64,000 nucleotides of DNA. Source: Vermamoeba vermiformis. Its lineage: Eukaryota. Both the position numbers and the translations under genes were made by a program. Below, one piece after another: positions 23,788-38,021 of the stretch; positions within the stretch are counted from its first letter, which is position 1, and each line of letters opens with the position of its first letter. The DNA is taken from the NCBI GenBank assembly GCA_045837725.1, contig JBEWZL010000239.1, positions 248,001 to 312,000 on the forward strand. The letters are read 5' to 3'. The notes below the pieces were generated by a model, which was given only the letters and a program-made list of their open reading frames with translations, made no database searches and had not been told where the DNA came from.

Positions 23788-26700
23788 ATGTCTTCTAATT
23801 CAAACAACCATGATGCCCGCAGAGTGTTGAGAAGTAGAGCTAAGAAAGATGACAACAAATCCCCTTCAAAGTCGCCAGATGAGAAAGATGACAGTCAAAG
23901 AGGCAAACCTAGCTCTCCTATTAAAGACGAAAATATGGACATGCCTCCTCGTAACAAATCAGTAAAGAGAAAGCGAAGTCACCATTCGAGACAAGAGGAA
24001 TCTGCTGAGGACAAGCTCGACATGGGCAAATCGAGCGATCTTATGGACGATGATGATACTCCCACTAAGAAACCAAGGGTGAGTTAATTTTAAAAATTAA
24101 TTGAATTTTTCTCTTTTGATCATAAACTTCCAATTTAAAATTCCCCTATTGTAAACCCTATTCGGAGCTAATAATACATTATAATATAAATAGGTCCTCG
24201 ATAGTAATGATGAGATTTCTCCTATGAATTCAAGTTCTTCACCGCCAGGCAGTCCCATGCATGACGGAGGAATAGCAATGGCAACTTTACCAACCTCCGA
24301 TAAGAAATTACAAGGTAAAATAATTTAATAATTAAAATCTCGCTAGGAATATATTTTAATCAAATTCAATATTTGTGGGGTTTCTTTCTTGACACGCAAA
24401 GATGCGTAAAAGTCGAATTTCGTAGCTTTAACTACGCTTAATAGGAATATCATCATATTCAAATAATTATATAGAAACTATTTAACCGCTATTTGAGCGA
24501 TTTCTAGCTCAAAAAATTATTCCTTATTCGTCCCAAAATTTAGAATTGAATTTTATTGGCGAATTAACCACAAATAAATACCAAAAAATAATGAATATAT
24601 TCTTAATATCAAACATAACCTAGTTTTGGCTATAATATCGATTTTTAAAGCTAAAATTTATAATATTCTCTGGGGTGCTAAAATTGCCTTATTTAGACTT
24701 TTTGGAGCCAATTTACACGCTCAAAAAACTGTTGGGCAGTTTCGCATCGAGGTTGCCGAAGGTCCAAAACGCAACACAAAGCACATTGACCAGTTCCAAC
24801 GACAAGTCCTCAACGAGCCAAACCACCGCTTCACAACTTAGCGTGCCGCAATTATTGGCCTCACAAACACAAGCTGCGCAATCGAATGTCACGCAAGTTA
24901 CTGGCAATGCATGGGGCAGATTGATTCCTCAAGTACCTGACGTACGTATTCAATTTATTGAATTTAATCTCTGTGGTGACTGACAATTCAATTCGTTCAT
25001 GAATTAAATTTTCGTTTAAAAATTCTTAGAATAGGACAGTAATAGTAGCGAAAATTAATTAATACCAAAAGTTCAATTGTGATTGATTAGTATCGATATC
25101 TGTCCATGAATTTAAGCGAAATGTCAGTTTAAATTTGAACCAATTAGTGTTGATGAATAGATTGGTCTATATAATATACTAATGCCTTATTTAGTATGCA
25201 CCTGTAACATTGACGGGTCATATTTTTACAATCGGAAAAAACCCGAAGTGCAATTTGGTGTTGAAAGAAACCAATGTCAATTTAATTTGCCGTCTGCACA
25301 ATGTCGTAAGTCTTATTATAATATTACGCGACAATTAATATAATTGTAACCGTTATTTTTCCTAGAATGGATTTTGTTTTATTGAAAGCACGAGCAATAG
25401 CGCGATGATTTCACTGAATCAGCGATTGATCAGAAAAGGCGGGAAATTAGTGATGAGAAGCGGCGATGAAGTTTCATTCCCTGGCAACAAAATTTCATTC
25501 GTAAGAGACCGTAAAAAAGACGAAAAGAATATCAACTAATAATTCCTTTTTTAGATTTTCCAAACATTGGGCAATGCGGCCACAAACAATAACAACGCCA
25601 ATAGCGCGGCACTTGCAGCAGCGTTGGCGAAAGACCTGGAAGAAAAAGAAAAGCCGTCAAAGTCGCGCAACAAACGAGGCACGGACTCACTTGGGTCCTC
25701 AGCACAATCGAACAAAGATGCCGCGGACATGTTGTCTGCCCTGGACGACATTCCGCCCATCAATATGAACGTCTCGCCTATTAAACTAGACCCGGCCAAT
25801 AACACCAATGTGACGAGCAGCAACAACAACACTAATGTCGTCACGCCACAAGTGTCGAGATTGCGCGAGGAACAAGAGGACAAGAGCGTTGATTCAACTG
25901 CTGGCGAGACAGAGTCGACGTTCAAGGCCCAGTTCAGACCTAATTTGGAAAAGCTCTTGACCTCCAGCAAAGACATCAAAGTGACGTTCGATAATTTCCC
26001 GTACCACCTCGACGAGAGTTTGAAGAAGTTGCTCATCAACTCGGTGTTCATTTACTTGTGCAAGCCAGAGTTCTCAAAGTTCACGAACGAATTGCCAAAT
26101 ATGAGCAGAAGAATTTTATTGTCGGGTCAAACTGGCAGTGAAATTTACCAAGAAAAGCTCGTCATGGCCCTGGCTCATCATTTCAAGGCTAATTTGCTCG
26201 TTGTCGATGGAAATTTCATTTCAACTTCGATCCCTGATGAGACTTCAGACTCGGACAATGAAGGCGGAGAAATTTGGTCTGGACCTATTGAAACTACTAA
26301 GCGCGTGTTCAAGAAAGGTAAGCACGTGGCAAAAAGTTAAATTACGAACAGTAGTTAATGGTTTAATATCCTTTTTTAGGTAATAAGGTTCGATACGTCG
26401 GATCTAGCTCCGGATCAGGCAGCGTGTTGAAGTTTTTGGGCTCCGAATCGTCGCTTAAAAAGAGCGAGAGCAGTGCCTCTCGTGGTCCCCCTTACGGCAG
26501 CACTGGAAGTACGTTGCTATTTAATACCTGTATCTCGTTTGCGGGAGATTAACGCGACTATTTTTTTCGTAGAAATTGTGCTGACATTCGACGATAACCC
26601 AAAGAAAGTCGGAGTTCGCTTCGACAAGCCTATTCCTGGCGGTGTTAGTCTCGGCAACCTTTGCGAAGATCAATATGGATTCTTTGTGGATACTTCGGAG

Positions 26701-29043
26701 ATTAAGCACGAGAACGAGCCGGAAGAGGGCGCTGACAATTTAGCAATGTAAGTACTTCGAGTTTTAAAATTTATTTCCTTTTTAGGAAATAGAAAAAAGT
26801 TTTTGTGGTTTTATCGTTATTAATATACAAATACTTATATTATTATAGTGAGGCGTTATTTGAGTTTATTTCAATGGAAGAAAATCAGCCGTGCATTATT
26901 TTGATCAAAAACATTGAACGAACAGTGCTGTATAATTACGAACGATACGTCCATTTCAAGAACCAGTTCGAGAAGTTATCGAACAGAGTGGTCGTGTTCG
27001 GCATCTCGACGACAAATGAGATCAGAAAAGATAAGACTAGTCGACAGGCTCCCGGATTTTTGCTGTCAAAGGGCGGATCTGGCGGCACTCACACGACTTT
27101 ATTGGATTTGTCTTTCTTGGACCAATTCTCACGTAGCGAACAAGTACGTAACATTTTCGCGTTATTCCGTTATTTCTATAGTTCTAACGTCATTTTTATT
27201 AGGCTACCAAGGAAACATCCAAGGGCTCTAAAGTGACTAACAAACTGTTCCCGAACAAAATTTCAATTTACCCGCCACAAGACTCGACCAAGAACTTGCA
27301 ATGGGAGAAGATGATTCAACGTGATGTGGACAAGATGAAATCAGACACTAACATTGCTAACATCAAAAAGATGATGGAAAAGAACGGAGTTGATTGCGAG
27401 ACTGTCGATTCAAAACTATTGAAGAAAAAGGTAAGAACAAGAAACGCATCTGGATCTAACGGATCTGGTTAAATCTTTTTGTAACATTTATTGATTATTA
27501 TGTACGACAGATATTCCCGATTTCAACAATTGAAAAGATTGTTGGCTGGAGCATTAGTGACTTCTTAATGGACACGGCGGCATTGAACAACGCGGACAGA
27601 ATTGTCATTCCTGCCAAGTCCATTGAAAACGCGTTGAAATTGTTAGAATCGACAAAGCCGCCTAAAGCCGTAAGTCATAATTAATAGGCCAAGTATGACG
27701 CGTAGAACTAACTTTTGTGTCGTAGAAATCTGTGTTTGACATTGACACGGAGAGTGAATTTGAACGACGCTTGTTGACGGACGTGATCCCGCCCAATGAA
27801 TTGAACGTGTCATTTGAAGACATTGGTGCATTGGACCACGTCAAAGAAGCATTGCGAGAGTTGGTCATGCTGCCCTTGCAACGACCTGAACTGTTCCGTA
27901 AAGGCAACTTGACGAGACCGACCAAGGGTATCCTGTTGTTCGGTCCTCCTGGCACTGGTAAAACAATGTTGGCCAAGGCCGTGGCAACTGAATCCGGCGC
28001 AAACTTCATCAGTAAGTACTCTCTATATAAGCCATTAGGTCCGTACTAACCAGAATTTCCGCAGATATTTCAATGGCTTCAATCGGATCCAAGTGGTTCG
28101 GTGAGGGTGAAAAATACGCCCGTGCCGTGTTCACATTGGCTAGCAAGATTGCGCCGTCAGTGATTTTTATTGACGAAGTAGATAGGTACGTTGCAATAGT
28201 ACTTGACATGGTGTGTTTCGTGAACTAATTTCCTTTTATGGCAGTTTGCTGTCGCGTCGTGATAGACACGGAGAACACGAAGCCATGCGCAAGATTAAAA
28301 ACGAGTTCATGGCTATGTGGGACGGACTTAAGACGCGCGAAGGTGAACGCGTGCTCGTCTTAGCTGCCACCAACAGACCTTTTGATCTCGACGACGCAGT
28401 TCTGCGTAGATTGCCGAGACGATTGTTGGTTGATTTGCCTGACCAGCCCAACCGAAAGAAGATCTTGCAAGTTATTATGGCCAACGAAGAACTCGCGCCT
28501 GATGTCAACTTGGACGAGATTGCCAACATGACTGATGGCTACTCGGGCAGTGATTTGAAGGCTCTTTGCGTCGCTGCTGCCTACCAACCAATTCGAGAAT
28601 TCCTGCAACAAGAGAAGGTAATACAAGCGCTCAAGTGTCAAACGGATCCGTTATTTGTCAAAATATTTCATGACCTCGTATTGACCTTTCAACAATAGGA
28701 AAAAGAAAAAGCAGCTGCTCTCGCGTCAACTGAAGATCAAGCAGGCGAAGAGAAAGCAACCAATGTGGTCACGAGTGACGATGAAGGCAAGCCCCAAGTG
28801 CCAGACGTCACTGAGGCACCTAAGAGCGATGCCATGGAGGTGGAGAACGAAGACGAAGAAAAAGTTAAAGCAGCACCGAGCATTAGACCATTGACGATGA
28901 AAGATTTCGTTAAGGCCAAGAAAGAAGTTAGTGCTAGTGTGAGCGAAGATCAAGCGACAATTAACGAGCTGAGAAAATGGAACGAAATGTATGGATCGAA
29001 CGGCAACAGATCCAAGGCATCCTCGTTGAGTTACTTTGTATAG
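23788..29043 (+). CDS. Large AAA+ ATPase (Msp1/ATAD1-related, plant-type long form) with an FHA-like N-terminal region
   Basis: AWGRL..FTIG (FHA-like), [29 protein letters not shown], Walker A GPPGTGKT, Walker [39 protein letters not shown]. Confidence 0.92.
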
Positions 29044-29266
29044 AATTAGATCTCTAGCGTGTAATGTTAGATCTAGCGTTATTTGATTAGACTCGGCGAG
29101 AAACAAAGAAAAAAAAGCAAAAATAAACTTGTACATTTTTCATTGAGTTATTTTAAGTTGATCTGTTCAAGACCGGAAGATCTCAAGAAAATTCCAACTG
29201 TACAGTTTATCTGAACTAATTACAATATTTACAACAATAAATAAATAAATAACATGAATTAATAGC

Positions 29267-29612
29267 CTAGTTTCGGCGGGAAAATGTCAAGGTGTCTTCG
29301 CTCCAAATCCAATCCGACGATACTTCTTTAATTGTTCGGCAAAACAATTCAAATGCTCGGTCATAATTATCACAGGCAATACAACTCGAGAGGAGAGCGT
29401 CCCATGCCATTTCATTTCGTTCTTGTTCGTCGAGATTTGATAGACAGATCGCGCCTTCGGCGTTCACGTTGCATCCTCTCATGCTTGCGAGGCAAATAAA
29501 GATGCAAATGGCGTCTTCTTTTTGTTTTTCATTCGAGAATGCTCTTTAATTGGTGATCGTTAGCCTTAAATAGCCTGTGATTAATAATGGCTCTTACCTA
29601 TCGCGACCCATG
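29267..29612 (-). CDS. Possible small hypothetical gene (frame and structure unresolved)
   Basis: ATG at 29612, an apparent GTAAGA..AAAG intron, and short ORFs in two frames. No motif. Confidence 0.2.
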
Positions 29613-29907
29613 GAGAGAAACAATATTTGGTCTTGTGTTGCGTTGTGTGCGAAATCAATTCAATAAAACCATTATTTCTTTATCCTTTTTCTAGTTTTGA
29701 ATCACAGGAACACAATCCCAAAGTAATTGACATGACATTTTCAACCCCAAACTGCTTTCAACTAACAGCTCCCCTTCTATGAATTCTTGACAATATCGCA
29801 CTTTTATTTGTCCCGATTGACCACGAGGCACCAAAAGTTAGGCAGGACTACGAGGGTAACGGCAGAATATCATAATTAATTAAATTTTATTTTTAGTGTT
29901 CACAAAA

Positions 29908-31004
29908 TTAATGCTTGAAGTTCTTAGCAGCCCAAGTCTTCAAATCGGTCAAATTAGGATAGATCTTCTTGCATTCGGCGAGGTCAGCGTTATATCCAAC
30001 GTCTTGGAAGAACTTGTACATGACTTTAAGTTCCTCGGGCAAGACTCCGTAGGGAATTTCTTGGTACTTTGCAACGCCAAGGACTTTAGGCCACTCTTCC
30101 ATAGGAAGGTCATCGCCAGCAATTTCGAGTGCCTTGTTTGGCAACAGATCTGGCTTTTCAAAGGCGAGGGAGGCAAAAGCGCCAATGTCGTCAGCAGCGA
30201 TGACTTGAAGTTTGTCGGTAGGTCTCATAGCTTGATATAACACGCCATCCTTGATAGTACCAGGGAAGAACACGTTCTCCATGAAGAAGACAGGTCGGAG
30301 AATTGAGTAGTGCAATCCGGATGCGGCCAAGTACTTTTCAGTTTCCCATTTGCTCTCGAAGTGTGGGATACCGCTGTTCTTATCAGCAGCTCCAACAGAG
30401 GAGTAGACCAAGTGCTTCACTCCTGCGCGTTTTGCGGCGTCGATCGCGTTCTTGCCTTGGCGAATCTCTCCTTCAGAACCAATGCCCCAGAAATTGACGA
30501 CTAAATATACACCGTGAGCACCTTTGAATGCTGCTTCGAGGGAGGCTGCGTCTTCTAAGTCGCCTTTAACGAGTTTGACTCCTAGTGTCAATCGTCAGTT
30601 AAAATTGCCATAAAAAGCTGTATAACTTAAGCAATGCGTGTAATATAAAATTTTCGCATATTAAATAATAATTACGACCGTCGTAATTACCTTTGCTTTC
30701 CCAAGGCTTTGCTTTGTCAGATGTGGGATCGCGAACCAAGCCATGAACTGTGATAATAAATCAATCAGAAAATATTCAAAAGATACGTCAAACTATTTAA
30801 TTGCAAATATTTTGGTTCTATGTCGCAGTTACAATCGGATTGACAGGCCAGATTTACTTACCTTCAAATTTTCCAGTTGCCAACAAATGACGGGCAGTAG
30901 CTCCACCTTGTGTTCCAGTAATACCAGTGACGACGATAATCTGGAAATAAAAGTTAGCTATTGGCTCCTTAGCTGGATCGAGATCGACTTACGGGTTTGC
31001 TCAT
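29908..31004 (-). CDS. NmrA/HSCARG-like NAD(P)-binding protein
   Basis: MSKP|IIVVTGITGTQGGATARHLL, GLVRDPTS, VKGDLED, GVKHLVYSSV, PHFESK, LRPVFFMEN, DDIGAF. Confidence 0.93.
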
Positions 31005-31522
31005 TTTCAAGTAATTTGCTTAGTGTTGTTTGTGTTGTTTAGTTTGTTTGATTGAATACTATGCTGCGCAACAAACTATTTATCACGTCACGCTGCCACG
31101 TGAAAGTGTGCACGGAAGGTTTTCAGCGCCGATCTTGACCATATTTGGTAAATCTTCTGTGTACATTCCAAATTGATTCGAGAAGATAGACGACATTCGA
31201 GAGAGTTAATGTACTTCTACTTCCAAACACTTCTAGCATCGGTTAGCAGTTACCGAACGTTCGTTTTGGTCGAATCTACAGGTAAGCAAAATTTATCCGG
31301 ATGTATTATCTTTAATCCGTTTCTCCTATGCGTCAATTTTCTTTCTTTAAATTGGACTGGACAATCTGCCTTAATTAATTAAGACAATCTCTCGGTACTT
31401 GCTTCTGTGCCCTTATGTTGACATCCGAGATTCTGCATCTGGTCGGAAACTGCTTCGTCGAGCAAAGTCCCTGCTTTAAAATAATATGGATGGCGATTTT
31501 AAAGGATAAAATTGTAGCGCTA

Positions 31523-33048
31523 CTATTCATTGGCGTTGGATACATCCGACTTTGAATGCTTCTTCGATGAGTCTTTTAATTTAGCCTTCGAATGGCTCTT
31601 CTTATGCTTCTCTTTTTCCTTATCGTGCTTGTGCTTATGATGCTCTTCGGATTTTTCGTGGCTATGAGTGGAATGAACGCTCTTCTTGCTGTCAGCATGC
31701 TTTAATTCTTTCTCGCTGGTTGATTTTTCAGTAGTAGTATTACTCGTGCTCGTATTATTAAGATTAACGTTGTTCATATTATTTGCGGATTGGTGCTTCA
31801 TTTCGAGCAGATCTGGCTCGATCGTTTTTTCTCGATCACCTCCGAATCTGACTTCTAATTGCGACGGATCGATAAATTCACTCATCTGCTTCCTTAAAGA
31901 CTCCTTATCGCCTTTAATCCAATAAATCTTCGATTTTGTAACGGGATCTAACCAAGGAGAAGCGATCTGCGAAAATTTATTTTTGTTAGAATATAAATCT
32001 AACTCAATCTTTGCAGGTGAATTAAGATTACCTTATATAGCATATGGAAAAACCAAGGCGGATTAACGATCATCGCACGGCCAAGTCTTTCAGGGTAATG
32101 ATTTTGCAATATATGAATAGATTGCTTCATTACTTTCATTCCGTCAGGTGATCTCGCTCTACTTCCATAATCTAATAGTATAATATGATAAGTACGCTAT
32201 TCTAATGCACGAAAGTACGAGTTGGATCCGTACCTGAAAAGTCGCAAATAATACTAATTTTTTCAACGCCATATTCTTTCTCCTCCATCGCTAGAATAAA
32301 TATTTAATGTTATTAAATGGTCATATGCAAGCACTATTGATATATTAACGTACATTCAATGCATTCTTCGATCGTATAAACTAGCGCTTTGACTCGTTTT
32401 TCAACGCTGTAAGGATTTTCTCCACCAGGAGTCTTAAAATGGTTAGCAACGTGTATAACCTTCAATAACGATATATATATATACTTACAATAACCAACAG
32501 AGGGTTTCTGTTCAAGTCTTTGCCGTTACGATACATCGTTTTGAGCTCCTGAAACAGATGCCGCATTAGATCCAAACTGTAGGCGATACAACCTTATTGA
32601 TAGGATACTTACCAGTACGCCTACTACTTCGTCTCGTGTAATCTCGTGAGGCTTAAATTCTTGGCGCCATTGAATAGATTCGGTCAACATTGATTCAGAT
32701 TTCTTTAGGTTCCATTTACGGGCTCGTAAATACCTCCATAAAGTCATATCAGCTGTAAAAGTGTTATATTGTTAATAGAGGGTAGTTTCAAGTACTTCGT
32801 GTGATTTTTAAGAAACGGTAGGATCAGATCCAGCTCGTGGGCAACGTATAAAATATTAAAATTGTTAAAAACGACTTACACAACCAATTCTTCACGGGCT
32901 CTGTGATATCAGTCAATGCAGTAATTTTCTCTTTAAATGAATTAAATAAGTATTTTTGATCCTCCGAAAATTTAGCCCACATGTCATATTTCGGAGTAGT
33001 ATTATTATCAGGAGAGGATATATTGGCTTTGGAATCTTGTTTTTCCAT
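31523..33048 (-). CDS. CRAL-TRIO (Sec14/PDR16-like) lipid-binding protein with Lys/His-rich tail
   Basis: DMTLWRYLRARKWN, WRQEFKP, GKDLNRNP, HILQNHYPERLG, PWLDPVTKSKI, IDPSQLEVRFGG. Confidence 0.92.
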
Positions 33049-33183
33049 TATTGAAGTGGTTGAGACTTGAGTCGTTGTGTTGAGATCGGTTCACGAAAAA
33101 ACTGATGTGCTTTTTTTTACTACGCGTGAGAAATGCGAGTTAAACTCGCTTTACAATAAAGTGGTAAAACTTAGGCTTAGCCA

Positions 33184-35110
33184 TTACTTAGATTTTTCGT
33201 TTCTTTCGAGCGAAATTTGGTCGAGCTGGTGATCCGCTGCCATGGCAAGCAGCTCAAGGACTTCCTTAGCAGTAAAGTTGCTTATTCCAAGCTCTTCTTG
33301 AATTCGCTTAACATCTGATTCCGCAACTGTCCAATCCTTCCATGCAAGATCGTGTTGTTCACCTACCGCTCGTGACGTTGAGATTGAGTACTTTATGTTG
33401 TCATCATCACCTCTTGAATTAGGATCATCTTCGCGGCACAGCAATATTTCGAAGTTGAAAGTAACCCAATTTGACGGATCTAGTAACCGTAAGTTTGCTT
33501 CTATGAAATCCTTAAGCTTATGTGTCTTACCCTCTGCTATTAATTTGAGTTCGCCTCGCACCTCTTTGGCATGAATAATGAATTCGGGGTCAGGGTCGTA
33601 GAGGCCTCGAGTCAAGCTCCATTCTAGCGATGACAACGTCAGCAAGACGTAAATGATGCCAATGAAGTAAACTTACTGGTGTACATCGAGCGATCAATCA
33701 AAGACAGTGCTTGGTTCAGCTTCGCTTTTGCCTTTTTTTTCCAATCTTTTCGAATCCTATTTTTCAACTTGATTTTTGCGTGGACCAGATCCAACGTTCG
33801 TTCAACTTGATTAAGCCATTGGTCTTCCTCAGTTAATAGAAGGCGAAGAATAGTTTCGAGCGACGCTTTGGTATCGCTGGTGTCAATGTCTTTTTCGTAC
33901 TCATCGCGGGATGGGTTCATTGAAAGAGTGACCAAAACTTGAGCGAATTCTTTCGTAGTCATGTCCCAGCCAAGCCATTTCTTCACTTGATCTAATTTCT
34001 TCGAGTTCAGCTTTGGATAACAATCGTGCCACCATTCGCGCTTGACACGTTCGCCTCTCTTCACCTCTTTTCTGAAAATCTCTTCTTCATCACTGCACTC
34101 ATTATCTTCGTCCTCGTCCTCGTCCTCGTCCTCATTTTCATCGTCGCTGTAGAACTCGGGGACTTCGCATTCTTTGTATCCTTCAAGCAAGCCCTTGACC
34201 TCCGTTACTTTTTTTGAAGTGCCACCCATCAGCTTAGCATTAAGAGTTATGTCGCACGTGAACGTGCCTCCTGAATGTTCGTAGTACGAGAATACGTCGC
34301 AGTTAACCTCAACGAAGTGTTCTTTTACGCCAAACAAATAAAATGACACGTGAACTAAAAAAGGAAAAGTTAGTTAAAATTTTAATTTTCCGAGCCAGCA
34401 TTCAAACAAAATAACGATGGACCTACATTTCCCTCCGTTCGTGTTACTATCAGTATAACTCCATAAATCGAAGCTTTCTTCAGGAGAGAGCTCTAGCAGT
34501 GACATTAATGACAGGTCAAAAAGTCAATGCGTGTATACCTTTATAAGCCACTTTACTGTTTATAATCTTAAGAATATCTTCGTTTAGGTGGTCTTTTAAC
34601 TTGAGATTGTTCAACTTTTCGCTAATCTTCAGCACAAGCCAATTATTCAATCTGTTTAGCAACTTCTCGAGGTTCTCGTCATCACCCTCAGTTGCTAGGC
34701 TAATCAACTGTTCGAAGGCAAGGTATTGACCTAAGTGCCACGGGTTAATCGACGGTTTTTCTCCGAATATTTTACCTCTTGGATAGAAAAGTGTTTTTAT
34801 CGATTCCGGCATGTTATTAATCGCCTTATTAGAAAATCCTGTTCGTAAGAGAAATGAGATATTGGATAACTTAGCTAACATTAAATTTACCAAACTTTTT
34901 TGACAGATCTTCCAACTTAAATCCTTGGAATACGTTATTGAATCTTGATGAGGTCAAAGATGCTGCGCATAAAGAGATTGGCGGCAAATGACTAAGTATC
35001 TCGGATAAACAATCATCTGGGATGGATTGAAGAGTTAGATGGCTCTGCGGGAGGTTTTTCGGAGAGCGTTCTTCCGAGGGGATTACAACTCGTTTTCTCT
35101 TTGGTGGCAT
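33184..35110 (-). CDS. F-box protein with N-terminal NLS, tandem paralogue A
   Basis: MPPKRKR..LQSIPDDCLSEILSHLPPISLCAASLTSSRF. Downstream exons are colinear with 35280-37268. Confidence 0.8.
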
Positions 35111-35279
35111 TCGTGTATAGCTATTAAATAGAATGAACATTTGTTTTTCTTGTTATTTATGTGAGCAATCACAAAAATCATAAATCTCCGCAGATTGATC
35201 CGGCTCATACTATTCTTATCTTTAGTTAGTTAAAATCTACTGCTAACGAAATTAAGTCGCGTATCGAGCAAACGGTTTT

Positions 35280-37268
35280 CTATTTGCAAACGTGCGAAAG
35301 ATCAGCGATTAATCCAAGGAGTTCGGTTATCTCGTCGGACGTGAAACTTTTGAGTCCGAGCTCGTCTTGGAACAACTTCACTTCTGCATCTGGTACTGCC
35401 CAAGGCTCCCAATAGAACCGATGTTTTTCGCATTGTTCTGTTGAAGTTGCTACGGAATAGGCGTAGTTAGATTCGTCTTCCTTGTCATCGTCAAAGAAGT
35501 CTGGATTTTTTCGACCCCAAAATACAGTAAACTTGACGCGAAGCCACTTTGACGGGTCTAGCGATCACCATTAGTGTTTAATAATGCCAACACAGATGAT
35601 CGAGCGTTTGACATACCTTCTGCTATTAGTTTGATCTCGCCTTTGACTCTGTGGTAGTAAACTCGAAAGTTCGGATCAACGTCGGGTAAATCAGAATGAG
35701 TCTTAAAACATCCCTTCATATGAGTCCATTCTAAAATCCACCACGTAGGTAAGTTTAGGCTAAAGGAGATGATGCACACTAATTACCTGTGTACATCGAT
35801 CGATCAATTAGCGCGATGAGTTGGGCTGGAGAATTCAGCGTTGAGGATCTTCGGACCCGATTTTTCAACTTGATTTTTGCAGCGAGCAGCGCTAACGTTC
35901 GTTCAGCAAGGTAGAGCCATTTGCTCTCTTGATGCACGTTCTTCAGCAAAAGCTCTAACGATGCCTTAGTGTCACTGGTGTCTATATTCAGAGTGTTGCG
36001 AATGGGTTCTGAGTCTGGATCTTCGGTCTTTATATCTTGTTCCTTGTCGTTATGCTCCTTTCTTTCGACTGAAGGCTCCATCGAAAGACCAGCCAGCACT
36101 TGAGCGAGTTCCAAAGTTGACATGTCCCATCCGAGCCATTCTTTGACTTGATCAATCTTCTCTTTGTTCAGTTTCGGATAACAATCGTGAAACCATTTGC
36201 GTCTGACACGATCGCCGTTCAAATAGCCTCGAAGAAAACCCGATTGATCAAAGTACCGTAAATAGTCGTCATTGATCTGGGCGTCACTATCGAGTTGAGG
36301 GACACATGATTCAGGGTATCCTTCAAGCAATCCTTTGACTGCAACGCTGTCGTTGGATGTGCAACTAAATAAAGTCGCGTCGAATTCCAGCTTGCACGCA
36401 AAATTACCACCAGGATGTTCGTAGTAACAATACACGTCGCAACTAACTTCGACGAAGTGCTCGTTTTGTCCGAACAAGAAGAATGACACGTGAACTAAAA
36501 AAGGAAAACTTAAATTTTAACGAACTTTCGACGAATATGCGTGCGGTATACTCACAAGTGCCACCGTAAGTATAGCCATCGGTACCGTCCCACAAGGTAA
36601 ACGTATTCACGGGAGAAATTTCTGTCGCGGAATGTGTCAGATGTGCCACGGGATGTACAACAGGATTTGACCGCAATTTTACCTTTATAACCAAATCGGC
36701 CTAATATAGCCTGTAATAGCTTATCTGATAATTTGGTTTTGAGTTCCCGATTATTCAGTTGCTCGCTAATTTTTAGCACGCTCCAATTATGAAGTCTATC
36801 AAGCAATTTCTCTAGGCCCTTGTCATCGTTTTTCGCTTCCATATCTATCAATCTCTCGAATGCGAGATATTGAGCTGATTAACATGTTAATAAAAATGAG
36901 ATTTACGAATAATTTTCGGTTTACCTCTTGGATAGAACATTTCTGATAATGATTGCTTTTGGGCTTGGGATATTTTGTTAAAGTTAAATGATGTGCCTAT
37001 GAAAGTATATTATAATTATTTTCGAGTAAATACAACAAAACTTACCAAGTATTTTTGAAAGATCTTTTAAGATCAGCGCTTCGAAGACGTTATTGAGCCG
37101 TTTCGAGGTAAGTGACGCCGCGCAAACAGATAGTGGAGGCATATGACGGAGGATCTCAAGCAAACAATCATCCGGAAGGCAGTCAAGTGTCAGATCAGTA
37201 CAGCGCACTCGCTTTGTTGCTCGTTCTTCATCCGAAGCCTCTACGACTCTCTTTCTCTTTGGTGGCAT
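35280..37268 (-). CDS. F-box protein with N-terminal NLS, tandem paralogue B
   Basis: MPPKRKR..LDCLPDDCLLEILRHMPPLSVCAASLTSKRL. Shares YYEHxGG, HDCYPKLN, WLGWDM, IDTSDTKASLE, KIKLKNR and LIDRSMYT with paralogue A. Confidence 0.8.
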
Positions 37269-38021
37269 TCGTGTTAGGCTATATTATTCGGCAAGCAGAA
37301 GACAAGGAAATTAGGTGTTTTCTTGTTATTTTTGTGATCGTTTGGATCACAATTTGAAGCCGGAATAGTTGGCTCTGGATTACTCATTGTCAATTGCTTA
37401 GCAAGACCTGAATGCATAGTTAATTTTACAGACCAAGCTAAGTCTTAGGAGCGCAGTAAACTGGATACAAAAATGCGGATCCATAATTAATATGTGAAAA
37501 TGCTATTGAAAAGCAAACTTATAATAGAAATTTAAATATTAACTGGAGGGCGATCAAATTATTATTTAGATCTAATATTACGTCGCTTGTGTAATTAATT
37601 TACCTTTATATTGTCTGCTATGGAAGTGTTCAAACGTTAACTCGCAAGGTAAATAAATCTAAAATAATAAAGTCGCACAATATTGTTGGTGTTCATTGGT
37701 TAATTGATGTAAAAATAAATTTTGCCGCCATTTTGCTATTTATCACCACAGCCGACTACGAAACATACAAGCCAAGTGCTAACGTAAGTATTTATATTTA
37801 CTTCGAGTTGATATGTCCAGGATATTAATGGCAAGTCCCATCGGATCAAGGTAACAATAAGTTTGATCTCTTGTTCCAAGCCATTTAAGATAATAATATT
37901 TAATTTTTTCGAATTTAATGGGTGCAATTTGTTTGCAATGTTAGTATTATGCCTGTCACAAACGTCTTGGGACAATTTTCGTATTTTTATTATTCAGTTT
38001 GTGATCGTGTCGACACCTCAA

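Noticed and set aside
31173..31480. Short exon-like segments between the NmrA and CRAL-TRIO genes
   Set aside because: No consistent spliced ORF or recognisable motif.
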